From contig CACBBR010000005.1 in NCBI GenBank assembly GCA_902537555.1, forward strand, positions 5,703 to 69,702: DNA of 64,000 bases, written 5' to 3'. The notes under the pieces are model-generated. The model saw only the letters and a program-made list of their open reading frames with translations. It had not been told where the DNA came from and did no database searches. Numbering within the stretch: position 1 is the first letter of the stretch; every line of letters starts with the position of its first letter. Below are positions 1 through 9,736 of this stretch, piece after piece. The stretch is from an uncultured Pelagibacteraceae bacterium. Lineage in GTDB: Bacteria; Pseudomonadota; Alphaproteobacteria; Pelagibacterales; Pelagibacteraceae. Made by a program: the position numbers and the translations under genes.

Positions 1-211
1 TGTTTGATACCATTCTTTGAACTGTAGGGTTATCCGAATGATTATAAAAACCACCTAATGGAGTTCTTATATATTTATTTTCAAACTGCTCATCTCTTAT
101 ATGAGTGATGCCAATAAAAGTATTAGCTTTAATTACTTTGGTTGCGAATAATCCTAAACCTTCAATTGGTGAACTTTTTATTGTTAACTCATCTGGTAAA
201 GGTCTGTACAT
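1..211 (-). CDS. SET-domain protein (3' end runs off the window)
   Basis: Not in the ORF track. Hand translation from ATG at 211 gives MYRPLPDELTIKSSPIEGLGLFATKVIKANTFIGITHIRDEQFENKYIRTPLGGFYNHSDNPTVQR, with the SET motifs S-x-I-x-G-x-GLFA and F-x-NHS-x-x-P. It starts 15 nt after the Rieske gene stop. Confidence 0.8.
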   Translation of the reverse strand, partial: MYRPLPDELTIKSSPIEGLGLFATKVIKANTFIGITHIRDEQFENKYIRTPLGGFYNHSDNPTVQRMVSN

Positions 212-225
212 ATTTTCCGCACTTT

Positions 226-1401
226 CTACACAATGTGAGTTGCCACCCACTTATGAAATTGATGAGTTGGATTATCCATATCAGGAGAAAAATTTCCACC
301 ATTATATGCATGGGAGTTGCGGCCTAATTGCATTCTTTGAATTATACCTACATCTTCTTTTTGAATATCTTCCCACAATTTATGATTTTGTTTTCTTAAT
401 GATTTATATTTTAATGATTTTGAGGCTTTTTCACCTACATAATATATTTCCATGTGCTCTAAAGTTTTTTGATGACTAATGGGTTCTAACCAATATGCGT
501 AGAAATGATCTTTATGTATACCTAACATGACATTAGGAAATAAAGCCACATACTCTGCAATATTTTCTTTTTCTTTGGGCCAGTTGGGAAAGCAAGGAAA
601 TTTTTTCTTACCTTTAAATTTTGGATTATAGACAACTGTGCCTTGGCCTGCAAAACGGTTTGGCAATCCCTGAATATGATAGTGATCTTCTATTTTTGAA
701 TAAGAATTTAAACCTGGATGAACCCATGGCAAATGATAACTTTCACAGTAATTTTCAATTGCAAATTTCCAATTACATTTTGCATTTAATCTAAAATAAC
801 CAAAATCATTTGCATGATTAATTAATTTTCTATCTTTTATTTTCCAAAATTTAGCCCATCTATCACTTAAGGGTTTAATATATTTTTCAAATGGAATTTC
901 ATTTTTACTAATATTAATAAAAATTAAATCTAACCAAACATATGATCTTATTTCTTTTAAATTGTTTTTATCTTTTTTAAATTTCGGGCTACTATGTTGG
1001 TTCATCCCTCCTATATGAGGTGTTGCTATTAGTTTTCCATCTGATGTGTATGACCATGAATGATAAGGGCATCTAATAACATTTCTAATATTGCCTTTTT
1101 TATTTACCAACTTTACTCCTCTATGACTACAGACGTTATGAAAGACTTTTATCTGATTTTTTTTATTCCTTACTAAAAATAATGGCAGTCCTAGCAAATT
1201 AAATGGTTTTACATCACCGATATTTGGTAAAGAACTTGCTACTCCTATTACTGTCCATTTATTTTCAAATATTTTCTTTCTTTCTATTAAAGTATAATCT
1301 TTACTCGTATAACATTCGTTGGGAAGACCATGTGCTTTAGAAATTGGTCTCTTAACTATATCTAATTTTTTTTTATCTATAATTTTATAAATTGATGACA
1401 T
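226..1401 (-). CDS. Rieske non-heme iron oxygenase alpha subunit (choline monooxygenase/GbcA/CntA/stachydrine demethylase-like)
   Basis: Rieske motif CSHRG...CPYHSW, mononuclear iron motif ENYCESYHLPWVH and C-terminal QKED. Confidence 0.9.
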   Translation of the reverse strand: MSSIYKIIDKKKLDIVKRPISKAHGLPNECYTSKDYTLIERKKIFENKWTVIGVASSLPNIGDVKPFNLLGLPLFLVRNKKNQIKVFHNVCSHRGVKLVNKKGNIRNVIRCPYHSWSYTSDGKLIATPHIGGMNQHSSPKFKKDKNNLKEIRSYVWLDLIFINISKNEIPFEKYIKPLSDRWAKFWKIKDRKLINHANDFGYFRLNAKCNWKFAIENYCESYHLPWVHPGLNSYSKIEDHYHIQGLPNRFAGQGTVVYNPKFKGKKKFPCFPNWPKEKENIAEYVALFPNVMLGIHKDHFYAYWLEPISHQKTLEHMEIYYVGEKASKSLKYKSLRKQNHKLWEDIQKEDVGIIQRMQLGRNSHAYNGGNFSPDMDNPTHQFHKWVATHIV

Positions 1402-1402
1402 T

Positions 1403-2032
1403 TTATTTTGTCACTTCATATAGACCAAGCCATGCATTTACATCTTTACTAGCAATATAATCAGATTTAAAAAACTCTATTTCTTTCCACTTATTTTCAT
1501 TTTTTAAGTGTTTAATTTTTTTATCAAATCCATATTCCTCATATATTCCTTCATTTATTGTGAAACAAATTAGACCTTTATTTTTAGTAATTCTTATAAA
1601 CTCATCTAACGCAGGTGGTTTTACATGTCCAAAAGTAAAAGTACCAACGCACATTAAAGCATCATATTGATCATCTTTTTCATTTATTGGTTTATTTAAA
1701 TCTAATTTATCTAATTTTTTATAAAGGTTATTTGGAACCAAATCTAAAAGTTTTTGGGATAGATCGGCGCCAAAAAAATTAGTAAAACCATACTTTTTCA
1801 ATTCTACACCAACCAATCCGGTTCCGCATCCAGCATCATAAATATTAATATCTTTTTCTTTTTGATGTTTATTGAAAACTTCTGCTGTTTCCTTTGGGCC
1901 AGTATAATTCCATTCAACCATATCTTTATCATATTTATTATCCAGACCCCATTCGTCATAAAAATCCATCACCTCTTTTGTTTCTTTTAGTTTATAAATT
2001 GGAACTTTGTTACCTACATCTTTTTGGGCCAT
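1403..2032 (-). CDS. Class I SAM-dependent methyltransferase (METTL27/WBSCR27-like)
   Basis: SAM motif I YDAGCGTGLVG, then GADLS and CVGTFTFGHV; N-terminal FYDEW...YD. Confidence 0.85.
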   Translation of the reverse strand: MAQKDVGNKVPIYKLKETKEVMDFYDEWGLDNKYDKDMVEWNYTGPKETAEVFNKHQKEKDINIYDAGCGTGLVGVELKKYGFTNFFGADLSQKLLDLVPNNLYKKLDKLDLNKPINEKDDQYDALMCVGTFTFGHVKPPALDEFIRITKNKGLICFTINEGIYEEYGFDKKIKHLKNENKWKEIEFFKSDYIASKDVNAWLGLYEVTK

Positions 2033-4437
2033 TACCCTCTCATTTTTTCTCCACTTGGATCATAAAGTGGTTCTTTGATAATTGAACAATTGAATAAATC
2101 ACCATTAATTTCTACTTGTATTCCATCTTGAGATGATAAATTTTTTTGATCTAGATATGAAAAAGCAACACTTTTATTTACAAAATGAGCAAATCCACCT
2201 GAAGTTATATACCCAATGCTATTATCTCCCTTCATTACTGCTTCATTGTTTGTGACATCTATGTCGTTTGTTTGAATTATTAAAGGTACTAATCTATTCG
2301 AGCTATTGTCTTGTTTAGCTTTTTCTTTACCAATAAATTCTTTGTTCCAATTAATGAAACTTTCTAATCCAGTTTCTTTAGCAGTAAAATCAGGTCGATA
2401 GTCTAAAGTCCACGCACCCCAATTTTTCTCTAGTCTCATAGACATTAAAGCTCTTCCACCAAAAGGTTTAATACCAAATTCTTTTCCAGCCTCCATTAAC
2501 TCCTCATAAAGTTTAATTTGGAAATGTGGCGCAACATATATTTCATAACCAAGTTCACCCGTGAATGAAATTCGGTTTATAATTGCCGGAACACCTCCAA
2601 CAAACATTCTTCTTGAATCTCTAAATCTAAATTTTTCATTAGATACATCATCTCTAACTATTTTTTCTAAAACTTTTCTCGAATTAGGTCCTGCTATAGA
2701 TATTCCATGAAATTCATCTGATCTATTTTTATATTCAACATTAAATTTATCTAAATGGCTTTCAAACCAACGTCTATGCATTTCTTGAGCTGCGCCTGAA
2801 CCAAAAACCATAAATTCGTTTTCATCAAGGCATGAAACTGTAAGATCGCCACATAATTTTCCTCTATAAGATAACATTGGAGATAACGATATTCTTCCAG
2901 GATTTGGAAGCTTACCTGCCATAATATGATCTAAAAATTTTCTTGCATCTTTTCCTTTAAATTGATGTTTTGAAAAATTAGCAACTTCAATAAAACCAAC
3001 ATTTTCTCTTACATTAATAACTTCTTTGGAGACATAATTATGCGATCTAGATCTTTTTATAGTTGGCTCTTCGTATGCATCTTTTTTATCATTCGCAAAC
3101 CACAAAACATTTTCCAAACCAAAGCTATCTCCCATAACTGCACCTTGATCTACAAACCGGTCATAAAGAGCTGTTGTTTTTTGTTTTCTTCCTTTTGGTA
3201 AAGTTTCATTTGGAAATGTCATAATAAATCTTCGTTCATAATTTTCAGAAGATTTAATTGTTCCGTATTGAGGTGATGCATAATCTCCAAATCTTGCAAC
3301 ATCCATTGCCCAAACATCTATTGATGGTTCTCCGTCAATTATCCATTCAGCAATACATTTTCCAACTCCTCCTCCTTGACAAAAACCAGCCATTACACCC
3401 ACTGCTACCCAATAATTTTTCATTCCGGGAACGGGACCAATTAATGGTGATCCATCAGGTCCAAAAGTAAAAGGCCCATTTACAATATTTTTAATTCCTG
3501 CTTTTTCTAATGCTGGCATTCTTTCAAAACCTATTGCTAATCTGTCTTGTATATTATCTAATTTTGGTTCTAGTAACTCATGACCAAAATTCATCGGTGT
3601 TCCTTCAACCTTCCATGGTGTTGATTTTGGTTCATAAGTTCCAAGAAGCATTCCTTTTCCTTCTTGTCTAAAATAAATGTTACCTTCAAAATCAGTTCCA
3701 ATAGGAATTCTTTGATCGCCCATTGCTTCAATTTCTGGAATAGCTTCAGTAATTAAGTAGTGATGCTCCATTGGTTGAACTGGAAGATTAATTCCTGCAA
3801 GCTGTCCAACTTCTCTTGCCCATAAACCTCCAGCGTTAATAACTATTTCAGCTTTTATATTGCCCTTGTCAGTTATCACATCCCAACTTCCATCCTCTTT
3901 TTGTTTTGTGTCTTTTACAACTGTATGTGTATAATATTTTCCACCATGAACTTTTGCTGCTTTAGCAAAAGCATAAGTCACACCTGATGGGTCTACTTCC
4001 CCATCAATTGGATCCCACAATGCTAGAAGGTATCTTGATGGATCAATTAAAGGATTTTTCTTTTTTACTTCCTCTAAAGAAACAAACTCTTGGTCAAGAC
4101 CCATATATCTTGCTTTAGACCTCTCTCTTTTTAAATAATCCGCCCAAACATCATTTGAAGCCAAATAAAATCCCCCACTTGATTTGAATCCAACTGAATG
4201 GCCAGACTCTTTTTCAATTTCTTTGTACAATCCGATTGTATAAGCCATCATTCTAGAAATATTTGGGTCAGATGAAATCACATGTACATTTCCAGCTGCA
4301 TGCCAAGAGGATCCAGATGTGAGTTCATTTCTTTCAAGAAGAATACAATCTTTTAAACCAAACTTTGATAAATGATAAAGAATGGAACAGCCTACTACGC
4401 CGCCACCTATGATGACTACTTTTGCATGATTTTGCAT
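2032..4437 (-). CDS. FAD-dependent dimethylglycine/sarcosine dehydrogenase-like protein with C-terminal GcvT folate-binding domain
   Basis: IIGGGVVG dinucleotide fold, covalent-FAD motif TSGSSWHAAG, C-terminal RISFTGELGYEIY and MRLEK; 801 aa. Confidence 0.9.
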   Translation of the reverse strand: MQNHAKVVIIGGGVVGCSILYHLSKFGLKDCILLERNELTSGSSWHAAGNVHVISSDPNISRMMAYTIGLYKEIEKESGHSVGFKSSGGFYLASNDVWADYLKRERSKARYMGLDQEFVSLEEVKKKNPLIDPSRYLLALWDPIDGEVDPSGVTYAFAKAAKVHGGKYYTHTVVKDTKQKEDGSWDVITDKGNIKAEIVINAGGLWAREVGQLAGINLPVQPMEHHYLITEAIPEIEAMGDQRIPIGTDFEGNIYFRQEGKGMLLGTYEPKSTPWKVEGTPMNFGHELLEPKLDNIQDRLAIGFERMPALEKAGIKNIVNGPFTFGPDGSPLIGPVPGMKNYWVAVGVMAGFCQGGGVGKCIAEWIIDGEPSIDVWAMDVARFGDYASPQYGTIKSSENYERRFIMTFPNETLPKGRKQKTTALYDRFVDQGAVMGDSFGLENVLWFANDKKDAYEEPTIKRSRSHNYVSKEVINVRENVGFIEVANFSKHQFKGKDARKFLDHIMAGKLPNPGRISLSPMLSYRGKLCGDLTVSCLDENEFMVFGSGAAQEMHRRWFESHLDKFNVEYKNRSDEFHGISIAGPNSRKVLEKIVRDDVSNEKFRFRDSRRMFVGGVPAIINRISFTGELGYEIYVAPHFQIKLYEELMEAGKEFGIKPFGGRALMSMRLEKNWGAWTLDYRPDFTAKETGLESFINWNKEFIGKEKAKQDNSSNRLVPLIIQTNDIDVTNNEAVMKGDNSIGYITSGGFAHFVNKSVAFSYLDQKNLSSQDGIQVEINGDLFNCSIIKEPLYDPSGEKMRG

Positions 4438-4438
4438 G

Positions 4439-5479
4439 TTAGTATTTTATTTCTTTATTGACGTCTTTCAATGTCTTGTCTGTCCCATGGTGAAAATGTT
4501 TAGTCATATCTGGCATGTACTTCATGGCAATTGGTTTTTTACCAACCGCAACAGCCATTTCTCTAACATGATGAGCTTCAGCACCACAACAAATACCGAT
4601 TAAATTAATTTTTTCTTTAAGACATTCTTTTGCAAATTCAGCCATTTCAAATCTGTTACAATATAAATTATCTAAAGCAACAGGGAATGCATTTCCTCCA
4701 GGAATGCAGTCACATCCGTGATCTGTCTGATTCAAAAATCCTGGTTCTTCCTCTGTTGTTCTATATGGAACAGGAAGACCTGCAACATGACAGGAAACTT
4801 TTTTTCTTATTTTTTTTAAAAGTTTCATGGTCATTTCTGGACCTCTATAACAATTCAAACCAACAACATCAGCACCAAGATCTTCAATTATTTTACATGC
4901 GTCTTCAGCAGTGTGGCCATCTCTTGTCAAATCACCACGAGGTATTGCATAATTGGCAACTGCAATCAAACCTTCATCCTTAATTGCTTTTAAAGCTATC
5001 TTCATTTCATCTACCCAATTAATTGTTTCTGCAACTACAAAGTCAACTCCTGCCTCTTTGGCCCAAAGCACTTGCTCTTCGTACATCTTTTGACATTCTT
5101 TGAATGAGTTTTTGTCTTTTGGATCAAAAATATTTGTATTAGCAACATCTCCACAAACCATTAAGTCTAAATCTTTAAATTCTTTCGCAGCATCCTTTGC
5201 AATTTTAAGTGCATTTTTTTGCATCGGCTCTAGCAAATGTTCTTTTCCAATAATTCTTAATTTCTCTCTATGTCCATAATAGGTGAAAGCTTGAACAATA
5301 TCTGAACCAGCTCTAATAAATTCTCTATGTAATTGTGTAACTACTTCTGGATGCTCTAAAACTACTTCTGGCACAAATGGACCTGCAGAAAGATATCCTC
5401 TCCTTTCCATCGCAAATAAATATCCCTCTGCGAATATAACGGGACCCTCATCTAATCTTGATAATAAATTTTTATTCAT
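4439..5479 (-). CDS. bhmT: Betaine-homocysteine S-methyltransferase family protein
   Basis: Zn ligands VGLNC and IGICCG, and BHMT-like EFIRAGSDIVQAFTYY. Confidence 0.85.
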   Translation of the reverse strand: MNKNLLSRLDEGPVIFAEGYLFAMERRGYLSAGPFVPEVVLEHPEVVTQLHREFIRAGSDIVQAFTYYGHREKLRIIGKEHLLEPMQKNALKIAKDAAKEFKDLDLMVCGDVANTNIFDPKDKNSFKECQKMYEEQVLWAKEAGVDFVVAETINWVDEMKIALKAIKDEGLIAVANYAIPRGDLTRDGHTAEDACKIIEDLGADVVGLNCYRGPEMTMKLLKKIRKKVSCHVAGLPVPYRTTEEEPGFLNQTDHGCDCIPGGNAFPVALDNLYCNRFEMAEFAKECLKEKINLIGICCGAEAHHVREMAVAVGKKPIAMKYMPDMTKHFHHGTDKTLKDVNKEIKY

Positions 5480-5611
5480 ATTTATTTAATAATTTATTTC
5501 TAAATAAAGAGAGTATAAAGACAATTTTAACACAACTCAAAGTTGAAACTAGTTTGCAATTTTTCCATCTATATGTTCTGATGATTTATAATTAATTAAT
5601 TAGGAGAAATA

Positions 5612-6622
5612 ATGAAAATCAAAAAATTACTTCTATCTGCTGCTGTAATATTTGGACTAACTTCTTTTGGAAGTGTTGCCAACGCAGCTTGTGGGAACAT
5701 AACTATCGCTAATATGAACTGGGCTTCAGCAAACTTCATGGCTGAAGTTGACAAAATCATATTAGAAGAAGGTTACGGATGTTCTGTTGAATTGGTGCCA
5801 GGTGCAACAATGCCTACATTTACATCTATGCAAGAAAAAGGTGAGCCAGATGTTGCTCCAGAATTTTGGGCTAACGCTGCAATCATTGCTTTAAATAAAG
5901 CAGTTGATGAAGGAAAAATGCACTCACTTAATAAAGCACCTATTACTGGTTTAGGTGAAGGATGGTGGGTGTTACCTGCTACTTTAGAAAAACATCCTGA
6001 ACTTACAACTGCTGAAGCAATTTTGGCAAGACCGGATCTATTTCCTCATCCAGAGGATCCATCAAAAGGTGGGTTTCATATTTGTCCTCCAGGATGGAAC
6101 TGTGAACTAAGTAATAGAAATCTTTACAAAGCTTTTGACATGGAAGCAAAAGGTTGGGCTATTGTTGAAACAGGTTCTGCTGCAGGATTAGATGGATCAA
6201 TTGCTAAAGCTGCTGAAAGAGGTGAAAACTGGTTTGGTTACTATTGGTCACCAACAGCTATCATTGGTAAATATGATATGAGAGCTGTGGACATGGGAGC
6301 TTGGGGTGGAAAAGATAACTGGGATAAATGTATAGTTTTACCAGAACAAGAATGTGGAGACCCTAAAGCAACTTCATGGACAAAATCTGAAGTTTACACA
6401 ATCGTAACTGACAATTTCAAAAATACAGCTGGAAGTGCTGGTATGGATTATTTCAAAAAAAGAACTTATCCAGGTCCAGTAATGAACGGTATGTTAGTTT
6501 GGATGGGTGAAAACCAAGCAGAGGGTGCTGATGCTGCAATTGAATTCCTAACAAACCAAGAAGATGTTTGGTCTAAGTGGGTTTCAAGTGAAGCTGCTGC
6601 AAAAATAAAAAAAGCACTTTAA
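5612..6622 (+). CDS. proX: Glycine betaine/proline-type ABC substrate-binding protein (ProX/OpuAC family)
   Basis: Signal peptide; MNWAS, PDVAPEFW, CPPGWNC and GYYWSPT aromatic motifs; AGGAG RBS at about 5602. Confidence 0.85.
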   Translation: MKIKKLLLSAAVIFGLTSFGSVANAACGNITIANMNWASANFMAEVDKIILEEGYGCSVELVPGATMPTFTSMQEKGEPDVAPEFWANAAIIALNKAVDEGKMHSLNKAPITGLGEGWWVLPATLEKHPELTTAEAILARPDLFPHPEDPSKGGFHICPPGWNCELSNRNLYKAFDMEAKGWAIVETGSAAGLDGSIAKAAERGENWFGYYWSPTAIIGKYDMRAVDMGAWGGKDNWDKCIVLPEQECGDPKATSWTKSEVYTIVTDNFKNTAGSAGMDYFKKRTYPGPVMNGMLVWMGENQAEGADAAIEFLTNQEDVWSKWVSSEAAAKIKKAL

Positions 6623-6636
6623 TAAAATAAAATATT

Positions 6637-6663
6637 GCCAAACCCACTCTTTAGTGGGTTTGG
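6637..6663 (+). terminator. Intercistronic stem-loop after the SBP gene
   Basis: Perfect 11-bp inverted repeat CCAAACCCACT-cttt-AGTGGGTTTGG, with no U-tract. Confidence 0.6.
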
Positions 6664-6675
6664 TTGAGTAAAATT

Positions 6676-7560
6676 ATGGATTTCTTTAATAAAATTCCTG
6701 TAATGGATCGAACAGCTTTAAGAGAGCTTAAAAAAGGAATAGACTCTAGTTTTAAAGAATTTTCAAGAGCCTATGGAGATGGAATTGAAGGTTTTTTTGA
6801 TCCACTTTTGCATTTTTTAATTTGGTTGGAAAAATTATTAGTAAACAGTCCATGGCCCCTTGTCATTGGGGTATTTGCTTTATTAGCCTGGATAGGTTCA
6901 AGAAGTATTAAGTTAGTTATAGGAACAATAGTTTGTTTTATGATTATAGGTTACTTTGGGATGTGGAAAAACTGTATGGCAACAGTTGCCATCATTTCTG
7001 TTTCAACATTGGTTTGTATTGTAGTTGGTATTCCAATTGGAGTATTAATGTCTAAATCAAGTAGAGCTGAAAAGGCCATATTACCCGTTTTAGATATGAT
7101 GCAAACTATTCCAAGTTTTGTTTATCTAATTCCTATAATTATGCTTTTAGGTATAGGAAAAGTGCCTGGTTTGTTGGCAGTTTGTATTTATGCATTGCCT
7201 CCAGTGGTAAGGCTTACAAATCTTGGAATTAGAGAAGTTGATAAAGAAACGCTTGAGGCAAGTGAAGCTTTTGGAGCAACACCAATGCAAAAATTAAAAT
7301 CTGTACAAATACCATTGTCGTTACCAACAATTTTTGCTGGAATTAACCAAACAATTATGATGGCTTTAGCTATGGTGGTAATTGCATCAATGATAGGCGT
7401 TAAAGGTCTGGGAGTGCCTATTTTGCAGGCTATTTCTAATCAATATTTAGCACTTGGAATGATGAATGGTTTAGCAATAGTGGCTCTAGCAATCATCTTT
7501 GACAGAGTTACACAGCAGTATGGTCAGAGAATTCAAAAACACAGAGGTCAAAAAAAATAA
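6676..7560 (+). CDS. proW: Betaine-type ABC permease (ProW family)
   Basis: LDMMQTIPSFVYLIP, EAA loop (EASEAFGATPMQKL) and AGINQTIMMALAMVVIASMIG. The ATG at 6676 is preferred to the TTG at 6664. Confidence 0.88.
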   Translation: MDFFNKIPVMDRTALRELKKGIDSSFKEFSRAYGDGIEGFFDPLLHFLIWLEKLLVNSPWPLVIGVFALLAWIGSRSIKLVIGTIVCFMIIGYFGMWKNCMATVAIISVSTLVCIVVGIPIGVLMSKSSRAEKAILPVLDMMQTIPSFVYLIPIIMLLGIGKVPGLLAVCIYALPPVVRLTNLGIREVDKETLEASEAFGATPMQKLKSVQIPLSLPTIFAGINQTIMMALAMVVIASMIGVKGLGVPILQAISNQYLALGMMNGLAIVALAIIFDRVTQQYGQRIQKHRGQKK

Positions 7561-7622
7561 CCCTGACACTTTGATCTAAAATTTTTCTAGACAGTTATTT
7601 TAAAATAAATAATTATTCATTA

Positions 7623-8351
7623 ATGAATTTTTCATTAGAAATTGGACCTCACACAGATCTTGACACTTTGCCAAGTGTTAATGATGTATATGTTACAATG
7701 CTACCTGGAGGTGATTATAAGGAGACTGCTGATAAATCTGGAGATTTGGTAAAAAATGGATTTAATCCAGTCCCTCATTTTCCCGCTAGATCAATAAATA
7801 GTGAAAGTGAATTAAAAGATTATGTTTCAAGATGCAAAGATTTAGGCGTCAAGCAAGTTCTAGTTATTGGGGGTAGTCGAGAGCCAATTGGAAAATTTGA
7901 TAGCTCTTATCAGATATTAGAGACAGGATATTTTGATGGGATAAAGATCGGAATTGCTGGACATCCAGAGGGGAGTCCTGATATATCCGATTCAGATTTA
8001 GAAAAAGCTATGATAGATAAAAAGCCTTATGCTGATTATATAGTTACTCAATGGTTACTTGATGCTCAGCCTATCGTTGATTTTATTTCTAAACAAACGA
8101 TACCAGTTCATGTTGGAATAACTGGGCCAATGAAAATTTCAAGCTTAATAAAGTTTGCAAATATTGTAGGGGCAAAAAATTCCATTAACTTTCTTAAATC
8201 TAATTTTACTAAGGCATTAGATTTATTGAAACCTAAAGACCCTAATGATCTAATTGGGAAAGTTAAATCGCATACTGATTATTTTCACATTTATACATTC
8301 GGCGGCTTGAAGGAAACTAACAAGTGGTTGAAGGAGAATAACTATGTCTAA
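7623..8351 (+). CDS. metF: Methylenetetrahydrofolate reductase (short MetF-like)
   Basis: FSLEI, PVPHFPAR, IAGHPEGSP, IVTQW and HIYTFGG motifs. Confidence 0.85.
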   Translation: MNFSLEIGPHTDLDTLPSVNDVYVTMLPGGDYKETADKSGDLVKNGFNPVPHFPARSINSESELKDYVSRCKDLGVKQVLVIGGSREPIGKFDSSYQILETGYFDGIKIGIAGHPEGSPDISDSDLEKAMIDKKPYADYIVTQWLLDAQPIVDFISKQTIPVHVGITGPMKISSLIKFANIVGAKNSINFLKSNFTKALDLLKPKDPNDLIGKVKSHTDYFHIYTFGGLKETNKWLKENNYV

Positions 8352-9702
8352 AGAATTTGACTATAGTAAGCTAAGACACATAACATCAGTAGATCAATCT
8401 GATAGAAAAGTGCCTTACAATTTAAGACAAAGCGGACCAACAAAAGTTGAAATGTTAATATCAACACGAGTAAGAAAATCACCATACTGGCATTTATCAA
8501 TGCAAGCAGGTTGTTGGAGAGCAACTGTATACAATCGTATTTATCATCCAAGAGGTTATGTAAAACCTGAAGATGGTGGTGCAATGGTAGAGTACGATGC
8601 AATTGTTAATCACGTAACTATGTGGAATGTTGCTGTTGAAAGACAAATTAGAGTAAAGGGTCCAGATGCAGAAAAATTTGTAGACTATGTGATTACAAGA
8701 GATGCTACAAAAATTTCTCCAATGAGAGCAAGATATGTAATTCTTTGCAATGCATATGGTGGAGTATTAAATGATCCTATACTTTTAAGAATATCAAAAG
8801 ACGAATTTTGGTTCAGTTTATCTGATAGTGATATAGGACTTTATCTACAAGGTGTTAACTCTGACGAGAGATTTAATGTAGAAATTGATGAAATAGATGT
8901 AAGTCCAGTTCAAATACAAGGACCAAAATCAAAGGCACTAATGAAAGATTTATGTGGTGATCAAGTTGACTTTGATAATATGCCTTTCTATGGTTTAGCT
9001 GAAGCTAAAGTAGGTGGTAGAAGCTGTGTAATATCTCAATCAGGTTTTTCAGGTGAAGCAGGTTATGAAATTTATTTAAGAGAATGTACACTTTACGCTG
9101 AGGATATGTGGAATGCAGTTCTTGAGGCTGGAAAAAAACATAATTTAATGGTTATTGCTCCCGCACATCATAGAAGGATTCAAGCTGGAATTCTTTCTTG
9201 GGGCCAGGACATGGATAATCAACATAATCCTTTTCAATGTAATTTAGGATATCAAGTTTCATTATCTGGTAAAGGTGAATGGAATAAGAAAGCCGACTAT
9301 GTTGGAAAAAAAGCTCTTGAGAAAATGAAAGCTGATTTAAAAGCAGGACATAAACCTTATAAACTTCAATTAGTTGGACTAGAATTAGGTGGAAAGCCAA
9401 TTGAAGAATATGCACCTGATTTTTGGTTAATTTCAGATGAAGGAGGTGGGGAACCAATAGGATTTATTACTTCGCCTTGGTATCACCCAGAAAAAAAACA
9501 AAACATTGCTATGGGTTATGTACCATTCGATGGAACGTTGAATGCTAATGGATTTCCAAAAGGAAAGGTAGGAACAAAATTTAAAGTTCATTTACCTGAA
9601 AAGTATTCAGAAACTCCAGGCAAACCAGTCGATGCTGTTGTTGTTGATATACCATTTAAAGAATCCTACAACGCAAATACTAGAGAAGTTGTAAAAGGAT
9701 AA
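8344..9702 (+). CDS. GcvT-family THF-dependent methyltransferase, DmdA-like paralogue
   Basis: RVRKSPYW, TVYNR, WNVAVERQIRVKGPDA, LNDPILLR and QSGFSGEAGYEIY; overlaps the metF stop. Confidence 0.85.
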   Translation: MSKEFDYSKLRHITSVDQSDRKVPYNLRQSGPTKVEMLISTRVRKSPYWHLSMQAGCWRATVYNRIYHPRGYVKPEDGGAMVEYDAIVNHVTMWNVAVERQIRVKGPDAEKFVDYVITRDATKISPMRARYVILCNAYGGVLNDPILLRISKDEFWFSLSDSDIGLYLQGVNSDERFNVEIDEIDVSPVQIQGPKSKALMKDLCGDQVDFDNMPFYGLAEAKVGGRSCVISQSGFSGEAGYEIYLRECTLYAEDMWNAVLEAGKKHNLMVIAPAHHRRIQAGILSWGQDMDNQHNPFQCNLGYQVSLSGKGEWNKKADYVGKKALEKMKADLKAGHKPYKLQLVGLELGGKPIEEYAPDFWLISDEGGGEPIGFITSPWYHPEKKQNIAMGYVPFDGTLNANGFPKGKVGTKFKVHLPEKYSETPGKPVDAVVVDIPFKESYNANTREVVKG

Positions 9703-9708
9703 ACTTTT

Positions 9709-9725
9709 GGGGAGTTTAACTCCCC
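9709..9725 (+). terminator. Hairpin after the aminomethyltransferase gene
   Basis: GGGGAGT-tta-ACTCCCC inverted repeat 6 nt after the stop codon. Confidence 0.55.
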
Positions 9726-9736
9726 TTAAGAAAATT

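Noticed and set aside
5480-5611. SAM-II/SAM-V riboswitch upstream of bhmT, as reported for some Pelagibacter methionine genes
   Set aside because: The minus-strand leader is nearly all A/T and shows none of the conserved pseudoknot elements I could recognise. A covariance-model search would settle it.
8344-9702. Calling this gene dmdA or gcvT
   Set aside because: It is longer than DmdA with motif differences, and no gcvH or gcvP is nearby.
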